Shown: positions 1-9,826 of the stretch, piece by piece | How the letters are laid out: the number at the start of each line of letters is the position of its first letter | Position numbering within the stretch: the first letter of the stretch is position 1 | NCBI RefSeq assembly: GCF_006345805.1 | Contig: NC_042997.1 | Location: 91,698,001 to 91,762,000 of the forward strand | DNA from: Octopus sinensis | Taxonomy: Eukaryota | Length of the DNA stretch: 64,000 nt | Direction of reading: 5' to 3' | The notes under the pieces: model-generated | The model's database searches: none | What the model saw: the letters and a program-made list of their open reading frames with translations, nothing else | What the model was told of the DNA's origin: nothing | Program-made: the position numbers and the translations under genes

Positions 1-29
1 ATATATATACATATATACACACACACACT

Positions 30-116
<87 letters not shown>

Positions 117-134
117 ATGTATGTGTGTGTGTGA

Positions 135-168
<34 letters not shown>

Positions 169-256
169 ATATATACATATACATGTGTGCGCGCGTGTGT
201 ATGTCGTGCAGCTACTATTTATATCTCGCTCAGACATTTATTATTGCTATATATAT

Positions 257-303
<47 letters not shown>

Positions 304-796
304 ATATATTATACAAACATACATACATACATACGCACAAATGTAAGGTGTTTATCCTTTATAATATGTTACTCAGAAGAGCGTTTGCTCTATTTTATAA
401 TGTTCACATTATCTTTACATATTCTTAGTCTTTACAAAATATTGGTTTTTGTAAAGGCTCAGAATGAAGATGGAATAATTTTCGGAAAAAGTTTTAATAT
501 GTAAGCAATTTTTGTTATGACAGACATTCGTCTGTGTATATACGAGAGTGAATATACACAAGAATATCACACCAAGTATCAACTACATCTATAATGAAAT
601 CCAAGCTGTTAGGATGGAAGTGTTTGATATACATTGATATTAAAATAACGTAAATTACAATTGTTATGATCGGTATTGTGACGTAATATGTTTACTGTAT
701 TAGAAGGAAGGTTATTTCCCACAGCTACGCCTTTGTAAGGAGGATTGTTTCTATAGCGACAGTGATGTAATAGAAACTCTTTAAGATAAAACTTAC

Positions 797-881
797 ATAG
801 AATACGTGCCGACGAACCAACCTGGTAACGGGTGTTGGAATAATGACGAATGGCGTTGGTAGCTCGAAGGGCCAGACGGTT
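797..881 (-). CDS. M14A carboxypeptidase exon I: NRLALRATNAIRHYSNTRYQVGSSARIL(Y)
   Basis: Acceptor tttttcttttttag|AAC and donor T|gtaagt. 85 nt. TxYxVGS..xLY leads to the Tyr248 equivalent. Downstream exon(s) are not in the window. Confidence 0.92.
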
Positions 882-966
882 CTAAAAAAGAAAAATAAGA
901 AAGGAATTAAAAGAGTGAGAAATAGTGAAATATAATTGGAAATGTATAAAATGCATCAATATAGAA

Positions 967-1165
967 AGGTGGCGAGCTGGCAGAATCGTTACCGCGCCGG
1001 AAAAAATGCTCAGCGGCATTTCGCCCGTCTTTGCGTTCTGAGTTCCACCGAGGTCGACTTTACCTTTCATCCTTTAGGAGTCAATAAAATAAGTACCAGT
1101 TGAATACTGGGGTCCATGTAATCGACTTACCCCGAACTTGCTGGTTTTATGCCAAAATTTGAAAA
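967..1165 (+). mobile_element. tRNA-derived SINE family A (head GGCGAGCTGGCAGAATCGTT); other copies at about 1846-2013(-), 15513-15725(+), 16670-16895(+), 45655-45832(-), 46293-46522(+), 63918-64000(-)
   Basis: Recurrent ~200-bp sequence with a B-box-like GTTCTGAGTTCAAAT and the body GTCGACTTTGCCTTTCATCC. Confidence 0.8.
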
Positions 1166-3143
1166 CAAAATATAAAAGAAATACAATGTTCCTAATACTC
1201 TGATTTGCTATTCATAGGTAAGTATTATTTTTATGATTTAAATAAATAAGTACAGTACACACTCAAGAAATATGGTATAAGTTATATTTGAGAAAAACGT
1301 CTAACAAGTATTCTTTAAAAGTAAAATTTTCAAAAAAGACCGATATATTTTAGAGAAATATTGTTCATTTATCCCAGATGTCTCTCTCTCTCTATCTACC
1401 TCTCTCTTTATAGGTGGTGGTCATGGATCTCCATGCCAAAGTTTCTCTTTTCCCTGTTAATAAAATTTTATATTGACTCCCGGCTATAAAAGAGGCACAG
1501 GCCCGAAGTCACGTGTTGTGGATTCAAACAAAGACCATATGGCCTCGATACAACCTTCTTAACCGCATGACCGTAGATTTATACAAAGAAAAATAGAGTA
1601 AAAGTGTCATAAAATAGATTGTTTCAGATGCAGATCTAGACCAGCTTTTACTCTATCGCTAAAACTGAGGTGTCAGACGAAATTAACCATAGCAGGATTT
1701 GAACTAAGAGTGTAGACAGAGAAGAATCTAAATAGCAGTTTATCACTTGGGTAAAAATAAAACCCAAAAGTTTTAGGGAGTCAACAACAATTATATAGGC
1801 CTCAGTACTTAGCTGGTGTTTTGTTTTAGCGAGCCAATATTGGCTTCAAATTTTGGCAACAAGTTCGGAGGAGGGTTTAAGTAGATTACATCAACCCCAG
1901 TCCTCAACTGGTACTTATCTTATCGACCTCGAAAGGATGCAAGGCAAAGTCGAATTTGACGGAATATGAACTGAGAACCTAAAGACGGACGAAATACCGC
2001 TAGCACATCAACGAAATATAGTTGAATTAGCAATCTGTGAAGCAGATATATTGTTGAAAGTCTGCTAAACTACGACATTCGTCTCGAGAATGCATCTTTT
2101 ATAGACATATAGAATTAAAAATCACAGATATGCATCGGTAGCGTTGCTGAATACGTATTTCTGCCTCATTGACCTTCGTTAGTAGCAAGTATTCACTGGC
2201 GACCGCATGCAAATACAAAATAAGGCGTTACTAATATAGTAAAATAATGATTGAAAATTCATTGATGTCGCAATTAGCCGGCAACTGAATTAAATTTCGC
2301 TATGGGATGAAAAACAGTATTAGTGCATTAAAATTAAAGCACTATACGCCCATAAATGATGCCACAGTTTAGCAGGCTGTCAACAGGAAATGCTATTTTG
2401 AACCAATATTGTTTCTGTCGCTCACAGCGAATCATTGGATTATTTTATAACAACCCTTGTTCTATTTGTTATATTTAATGTTCTCTATGTATGAATTTCT
2501 CATTCAAGCCAAATTTGAAAAATTGAAACATCCTTTAACATTACATTTATCAATTATACAAATAACATTTAAGTCATGAGTTTCGAGCAAACGAAGGCAA
2601 CTCTATGGGATCAATGGTATGAAAAATCCCCTCAAATTTTATTGTCATTTTAAGGCTGGAAGGCCACATTGATTAATATAGTCTATTATATGGAAAATAA
2701 AGACAACTGAGAAGGTAAATAATTTTTACTGCAACATCTCGTGATCAAATCTTTTAATACAAGGCATACTCATTAATGATAAAGTAGTTGGTCATAATGT
2801 AGTCATAATTAGTCAGTGAAACTGTTAGTTGTTGCTGTCGTCATCATCTCACAAGACATGTAAGTCTCTTTCCAATATGACCGTAAAATTAAAGGTTGTT
2901 ACGTCAGTACATACACACACTCACTCATACATGCACGCGCGCAAGCACACACATATACCTGTAGCGTATGCGTGTGCATATACGTGCGTATGTGTACATA
3001 TCTCTCTCTCTCCTTCTCTTTCTGTGTCTGTGTCTGTGTCTCTCTCTAAGATGTATATATATACATGTGTATTTAAAGTTTTATTTCACGCTGTGATCTG
3101 AATAAATCACACACACACACATGTATGTATGTATATGCTTATA

Positions 3144-3206
<63 letters not shown>

Positions 3207-3354
3207 AAATAAATATAAGAGAGTGGTCACTATATGGCTCACTCTAGCACCAGTTAATCCAAAAGGTTTCAACCACAAAAATACATGTTTCCCATGAAAG
3301 TCAGTACGATTGTTAGCTCACACGGACAGGGCAAATAAAAAATAACAAAATACA

Positions 3355-3446
3355 GATTATTTTGGGACAATTGTTTCGCTATTAATGAATTAAATGTAAT
3401 TTTACTTACAAAAAAATCCACTTGTAGCTCGTCAGCCAAAACTATC
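3355..3446 (-). ncRNA. Type I hammerhead ribozyme in the inverted arm (sense to the carboxypeptidase pre-mRNA)
   Basis: Exact reverse complement of 4640-4731. A 3' half-ribozyme (TAGCGAAACAATTGTCCCAAAATAATC) also lies at 3889-3917 on the minus strand. Confidence 0.88.
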
Positions 3447-4105
3447 TGGATGAAATCCACTCAATCACACGCCAGATTTTACCATAACGATAAATACGCG
3501 TGTGGTTCAATTGATTACATCCGACGTTATAATTCAAATGCCCCAACTAACAGCGCGCCAAACTTTCACGGAAAACAAATACTGCATTTAGAAATAAATG
3601 CAGCATAATTATAATTAATTAATAAGGGTGAGAGAATTAGATACTAATTTAATAGTATATCTATTCAACACCAAGTGGCCTAGTGCTCCGAGAAACCTGG
3701 ATTATTATAATATTTTATAATATATTATAATATTTTTACAAAATAAATATAAGAGAGTGGTCACTATATGGCTCACTCTAGCACCAGTTAATCCAAAAGG
3801 TTTCAACCACAAAAATACATGTTTCCCATGAAAGTCAGTACGATTGTTAGCTCACACGGACAGGGCAAATAAAAAATAACAAAATACAGATTATTTTGGG
3901 ACAATTGTTTCGCTATTCTCTCACCCTTATTAATTAATTATAATTATGCTGCATTTATTTCTAAATGCAGTATTTGTTTTCCGTGAAAGTTTGGCGCGCT
4001 GTTAGTTGGGGCATTTGAATTATAACGTCGGATGTAATCAATTGAACCACACGCGTATTTATCGTTATGGTAAAATCTGGCGTGTGATTGAGTGGATTTC
4101 ATCCA

Positions 4106-4197
4106 GATAGTTTTGGCTGACGAGCTACAAGTGGATTTTTTTGTAAGTAAAATTACATTTAATTCATTAATAGCGAAACAATTGTCCCAAAATAATC
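4106..4197 (+). ncRNA. Type I hammerhead ribozyme, 534-bp unit copy 1 (predicted cleavage after C4186)
   Basis: Stem I GATAGTTTTGG/CCAAAATAATC with one mismatch. CTGACGA at 4117-4123. Stem II GCTA/TAGC. GAAA at 4175-4178. Palindromic stem III ACAATTGT. GUC triplet. Confidence 0.9.
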
Positions 4198-4639
4198 TGT
4201 ATTTTGTTATTTTTTATTTGCCCTGTCCGTGTGAGCTAACAATCGTACTGACTTTCATGGGAAACATGTATTTTTGTGGTTGAAACCTTTTGGATTAACT
4301 GGTGCTAGAGTGAGCCATATAGTGACCACTCTCTTATATTTATTTTGTAAAAATATTATAATATATTATAAAATATTATAATAATCCAGGTTTCTCGGAG
4401 CACTAGGCCACTTGGTGTTGAATAGATATACTATTAAATTAGTATCTAATTCTCTCACCCTTATTAATTAATTATAATTATGCTGCATTTATTTCTAAAT
4501 GCAGTATTTGTTTTCCGTGAAAGTTTGGCGCGCTGTTAGTTGGGGCATTTGAATTATAACGTCGGATGTAATCAATTGAACCACACGCGTATTTATCGTT
4601 ATGGTAAAATCTGGCGTGTGATTGAGTGGATTTCATCCA

Positions 4640-4731
4640 GATAGTTTTGGCTGACGAGCTACAAGTGGATTTTTTTGTAAGTAAAATTACATTTAATTCA
4701 TTAATAGCGAAACAATTGTCCCAAAATAATC
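4640..4731 (+). ncRNA. Type I hammerhead ribozyme, 534-bp unit copy 2 (predicted cleavage after C4720)
   Basis: Identical to 4106-4197, shifted by 534 bp. Confidence 0.9.
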
Positions 4732-5006
4732 TGTATTTTGTTATTTTTTATTTGCCCTGTCCGTGTGAGCTAACAATCGTACTGACTTTCATGGGAAACA
4801 TGTATTTTTGTGGTTGAAACCTTTTGGATTAACTGGTGCTAGAGTGAGCCATATAGTGACCACTCTCTTATATTTATTTTGTAAAAATATTATAATATAT
4901 TATAAAATATTATAATAATCCAGGTTTCTCGGAGCACTAGGCCACTTGGTGTTGAATAGATATACTATTAAATTAGTATCTAATTCTCTCACCCTTATTA
5001 ATTAAT

Positions 5007-5037
<31 letters not shown>

Positions 5038-5170
5038 ATATATATATAGATATATATATATATATATTATATATATATGTATATATATATATGTATTATA
5101 TATATATATGTATATATATATGTATATATATGTATGTATGTATATATATATATTATATATATATATATAT

Positions 5171-5205
<35 letters not shown>

Positions 5206-5233
5206 GTATATATATATGTATATATATATGTAT

Positions 5234-5264
<31 letters not shown>

Positions 5265-5271
5265 ATATATA

Positions 5272-5307
<36 letters not shown>

Positions 5308-6737
5308 TGTATGTATGTATGTATGTATGTATGTATGTATGTATGTATGACATTAAGACCACAGAGCCAACATGAGAAAGTGAAAATCTCTCGAATCCTT
5401 TACTTGTTTGACCAAAGCAGGTCAGGCTCTTTAAACATATCTAAAGAAAAAATTGAAACCCGTTTAGACAGTTTCTGTTTGAAGCTCCATGAAGCCATCT
5501 CCATACAGCCAGACAATGATGAGTTCTTTTTTCACCTAAACCTGAAAACTAATTGACCTTTTGGATCTTAGTTAAGGAAAGGGAAGTTCAAAAGTCTCCC
5601 AGGCAACAATGTTATCCCATCAAACTTTTAGAAGCATTATGCTGATGTCCTCAGAGTGTTTATTTCAGTGAGCCTAAAAAGAAGGAACTCGGCAAAGGGA
5701 ATGCAGATGCCTCTTGAGTAGATGGCATAATTTATTGATCAGTTCCGTCCGATATCTCTTCTCAGGTGTTTTATTGATATTGGCATGAAAGCTGCCATGG
5801 TTCTTTGCATTGAATGAATTCATAAACACAACAGTTTAGAAAGCTTGTGCTTCGAGATTCCCAGACTTCCTTGAGCATACTCAGAGGATTTGGAGTTTAA
5901 TTAAACATGCTAGGAAGGGACAAATATTCTTCTGATTATCATGTTTGATCTGACATATGCATATTGATCGATTCTGTATGCATCGCTAGACAAAGCATTG
6001 AACATTTTGTGCATTTCAGTGGGCGTCAACGAAGTTCTAACATTGTGTCTTGGATCAGTATCCTTACGGTTTGCCACCAAAGAATTTCATGATCAACTGG
6101 TAGGCATTGAAGCTAGTTATTATGACTAGAAAGGAACTGATTTTAACGAGCAGGGAGTAGTTAGTTAAGAACCTTGACATAATATCCTTAGACGATGTCA
6201 AAATTGGCAATTAAAGGCCAAATCGAGACAAGTACCATTGACAACAGCAGGTTAGAGCAGTTAAAACTTGTCGTGGTATAGGATTTGGGGAATTCCACTG
6301 TTCGTGTTGACAGAAACCGCACAGGAAATGGAAAAATGATAGGTGCAGTACAAATCACAAGGGATGGACTGGAATAGATGCGTACATAACAGATGGATAT
6401 CACATGAATAACAAATAACCATGGTCGGGAGTAATAATAACAAATTGAATCTACAAGGCTTTTGAAATAAAATAAAAACAAAAGCATTATTGAATATTAT
6501 TCTTAGAAGAAGCAATTTATGATAGCAACTAACTGTATTTGACAACTGCAGATTGGCGGGGAATTATAAGGTTCATGTTATCTATAAGGTCGTTTGACAA
6601 GGTTTATGACAATTCCAAGTATTATGCTTGTGTGTGTGTGTGTTTATTTGTTTGTTAGATTTGTGTGTGTGTAGGTGTGTGTGCGTGCGTGTGCATGTGT
6701 ATAATTGAATTCAATGTTTCAGAAGATATTTACATAC

Positions 6738-6940
6738 CAGATCATCCACATCAGTGGGTTCTTCCATCTTGTAGCCCCATGGGTAAATCCATAATTGTCC
6801 ATATGCGTGTAGACTGATATAAGCTATCAATTCACCTTGTCTCATTCTCATGGCGTTAGCTAAGGCCATGGTCTCCGGTTCAGAGAGGGCTGTTGGTCCA
6901 GAATATTCCACACTGCACGGGTCGCTACTGGATCCATCCT
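6738..6940 (-). CDS. M14A carboxypeptidase exon H: DGSSSDPCSVEYSGPTALSEPETMALANAMRMRQGELIAYISLHAYGQLWIYPWGYKMEEPTDVDDL
   Basis: Acceptor tttttcttcag|AG and donor CTG|gtatgt. 203 nt. Contains Cys161, SEPET and LHAY (zinc ligand His196). Confidence 0.96.
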
Positions 6941-7339
6941 CTGAAGAAAAATCATGAAATAGCATATATTTTTTAATTATTAATACACGTACAAATGCCT
7001 AAATATGTTCAGGTCAGCCCTGGTTGAACAGACTATAATCAAAGCCGTTCCAGCCGTGACTATCCCATCTTTTATTCAGACGTAGTTTATCGCGGGCTAT
7101 ATCATGTTCTATGCACTTTTTTTTCAAATAACAGTAATATATACTATGAAGGAAATTTAAATGTCCCCTCGGGATTTATTATAGGAGAGAATTTGGTAAC
7201 AGTGTTGTTCGTGTCATTCAATGGTGGTATTAAAAGTGCCTATATATATCTATATCTATCTATATATAATAGTAAGTTAAAAGAAAAAAGCTACTTTCAC
7301 AAAGCCAGTATTCAATCGAAAATATGACCACGCACTTAC

Positions 7340-7433
7340 CATTCCAATGGTTTGGGAAATTCCTGTTGATATCAACTCCAATACAGTGATTGTAATTCGG
7401 TGAACGCGAGCGAGTCTTTCTCCAGAGACGATC
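7340..7433 (-). CDS. M14A carboxypeptidase exon G: DRLWRKTRSRSPNYNHCIGVDINRNFPNHWN(E)
   Basis: Acceptor attttgaag|GAT and donor G|gtaagt. 94 nt. Contains WRK (Arg127 region), CxGVDxNRNF (Asn144/Arg145) and Cys138. Confidence 0.95.
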
Positions 7434-7827
7434 CTTCAAAATATTTTTTTTTAAATGAAAGAAAGAGAATAATTTATCGGTACATTTCCTTTACAATAAA
7501 AAATGTAACCTATGCATCACGAAAGTTCAGTTTAAGTCACGTTTCAGTATATTTCAATGTATGAATTAATATATTTCGTACGATAACGTCTTATGGATTA
7601 GCAAGGCTCTGGTTTCGGTCAGAGATATGATTCACTTCGAAGAAAGTTCCAAATATACATCTACATGTGTGTTTGCTCGTGCACGCTGCGTGGCACCTTG
7701 AGCTGGTGTCTTTTACTATAGCATCGGTTCAATAAGTACTTTGTGAAAAAAATTCGGTAGACATACATAAATACATACACACACACACATACACATATCG
7801 AAATGTTTGCGCCAAGCAGTGTTTAGG

Positions 7828-8168
7828 CATAAGCAAAATTTAGGTTAGTTAAAATATGTTTGTGACATATTTCAATTGCTAAAAGGCAAATACACTACTG
7901 TTTCCGTAGAGAAAATAATTCAGTCAATGTTGACAGAATTATACATAAAGCTAGAGTAGCCGCTCTTAGGTACATCGCGTTGACAAGAGTCAATAAATTC
8001 AAAACACTGATGTCTGGGATTCCTAATAGATGGCAACACTGAACAGACCGGATGTTTTCACACATTTTACTATAAAAGAGATATTTTCTCCACAGTAACT
8101 GCAGTGTATTTACCTTTTAGCAGTTGAAATATGTCACAAACATATTTAAACCTGAATTTTGCTTATAT
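7828..8168. mobile_element. Degenerate MITE-like element with ~75-bp imperfect inverted repeats
   Basis: ATAAGCAAAATTTAGG...TGTGACATATTTCAATTGCTAAAAGGCAAATACACT at about 7829-7900 is mirrored at about 8097-8168. Confidence 0.65.
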
Positions 8169-8765
8169 ATATAAAATTCTTCCCTGAAGACAGAGGCTGG
8201 TATTATCCGATGATGGAATCAATTTGCAATCATTATTTTTGACATCTCCCCCAGAAACAGCTGTTGGACTCGTAAAACTCTTATTCAACCACTTTAATTC
8301 CTGATATCATTTCTATTCTATGTAAGCCGAGCATTTTTATATGTAAACGTGTACATTTTTTGTATATCGACTTGCCTATCCTTACATTTATTTCTTTACC
8401 TTCTCCAGTTTAAATCTCTTGAGCACGACGAAGTGTATTCTATACAGAGAACAAGTCTCTCATCTCTCTCTCTCTCTCTCTGTTTATACATACACACACA
8501 CATACACATACATATATTAAATTACAGTTTACCCTAACGGCTTAATCAACCTGTGGTCAGCATTTAAGAAAATAAGGCTTGTTGCAACTTGCAGCGCATA
8601 CAACACGTGCTGTACATAGAGAGAAGTGCGTTGAATTTGTATTTAGAAATGGATGAAGCAGATCAGGTGGAACAGAGGTGGAAAAGACCGAAGACCTACT
8701 GAAGGGCGGGTACGCGAAGAGTGCATTTAAGGCGTATAGCAAGCTGGGGAGAGTGAAATGGACGG

Positions 8766-8862
8766 GAAAGCACCGGTTCTCATCCGATCACTGAAGTTAA
8801 ACAACGTCGAGTCTAGTTAGTACTTAGGTGGATGACAGCTTGGGGAACCCATCTCGTTTTTT
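8766..8862 (+). pseudogene. 5'-truncated 5S rRNA pseudogene or 5S-derived fragment
   Basis: GAAAGCACCGGTTCTCATCCGATCACTGAAGTTAAACAACGTCGAGTCTAGTTAGTACTTAGGTGGATGACAGCTTGGGGA closely follows invertebrate 5S rRNA as I recall it (no search run). It ends in a T6 run. Confidence 0.8.
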
Positions 8863-9161
8863 AGGCGCAGATGTGACTGTGATAAGAAGTTTGCTTCCCA
8901 ACCATACTGTTCCGGGTTCAGTCCCACTGCATACTACGGTTGGCAGTGTCTTCTATAGCCTCGGTCCGATCAAAGCCTTGTGAATGGATCTGGTAGACGG
9001 AAACTGAAAGTAGGTCGTCGTATATATATATACATACGTATGTGCGTGCGCGCGTGTGCCTGTGCGTGTGTGTGTGTGTGTGTGATTGCGGGTCTTTGTG
9101 TTTGTGCTTATACAGCTAAACATATTATCCGGCGCAGTAATCGTTCTACCAGCTCGCCCCC

Positions 9162-9162
<1 letters not shown>

Positions 9163-9247
<85 letters not shown>

Positions 9248-9335
9248 AATGGAAGAAGAAGAAGAAGAAGAAGAAAGAAGAAGAAGAAGAAGAAGAAGAA
9301 GAAGAAGAAGAAGAAGAAGAAGAAGAAGAAGAAAT
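9163..9335. repeat. Compound trinucleotide microsatellite (AAT)n(TAT)n..(GAA)n; others at about 9730-9828, 11020-11085, 15445-15512, 16558-16668, 60160-60267
   Basis: Directly visible. Confidence 0.95.
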
Positions 9336-9783
9336 GCTGATAAACGAAATTTTAGCTTCCACTATCACCGTTGACATAGGCTAGCATATTAGAACACGCA
9401 AAGTAGACGTAAGAAATGACTGAGGAAATGAAGCTGACGCAGTGCTGGTAGAGGCTAACTTGAGAAATTGACGTGAAGTCTAAAGCTTTATTATGCTGAG
9501 GTATCATACGCTCGTACTTGGTTGAATACGAGAGCTAATCTTGCACAGCGTAATTGCGCCAACCTTGCGATATTTTCACGGCAGATTAAACTACAGATTA
9601 ACAAATAATCTGACCCAAATATGAATAAATTATCTCGATGTATAGAAACTGTTTATTTACTCAATATGTAATCAAGTTAATAGAAGTAACGACGATGGCG
9701 ATTCTTACGACTAGGACAACAAGGAACATAGTGATGATGACGACGACGACGACGACGACGAAGAAGAAGAAGAAGAAGAAGAA

Positions 9784-9826
<43 letters not shown>

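Larger units (their letters stand above)
3206..5010. mobile_element. Retrozyme-like tandem element: 534-bp unit, forward arm 3915-5010 (about 2.05 units) plus inverted arm 3206-3917 (about 1.33 units), inside a (TA)n tract
   Basis: Exact 534-bp period (4117/4651; 3366/3900). The left arm is the reverse complement of 4169-4880. Junction microhomology is ATT (3915-3917). One HHR per unit, and (TA)n on both flanks. Confidence 0.85.

Noticed and set aside
4092-4283. 63-aa ORF repeated three times (MDFIQIVLADELQ...)
   Set aside because: It starts at GTG, overlaps the hammerhead core and has no recognisable motif. Its recurrence simply reflects the 534-bp repeat.
5600-5675. Minus-strand CTGAGGA with a CATCA/TGATG stem
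   Set aside because: It is followed by GGATAAC rather than GAAA, and there is no stem I pairing.
5890-6120. Harbinger-like transposase hint (RKDT..RTSLTP) on the minus strand
   Set aside because: Only a short resemblance; the downstream DDE motifs could not be found in any frame.
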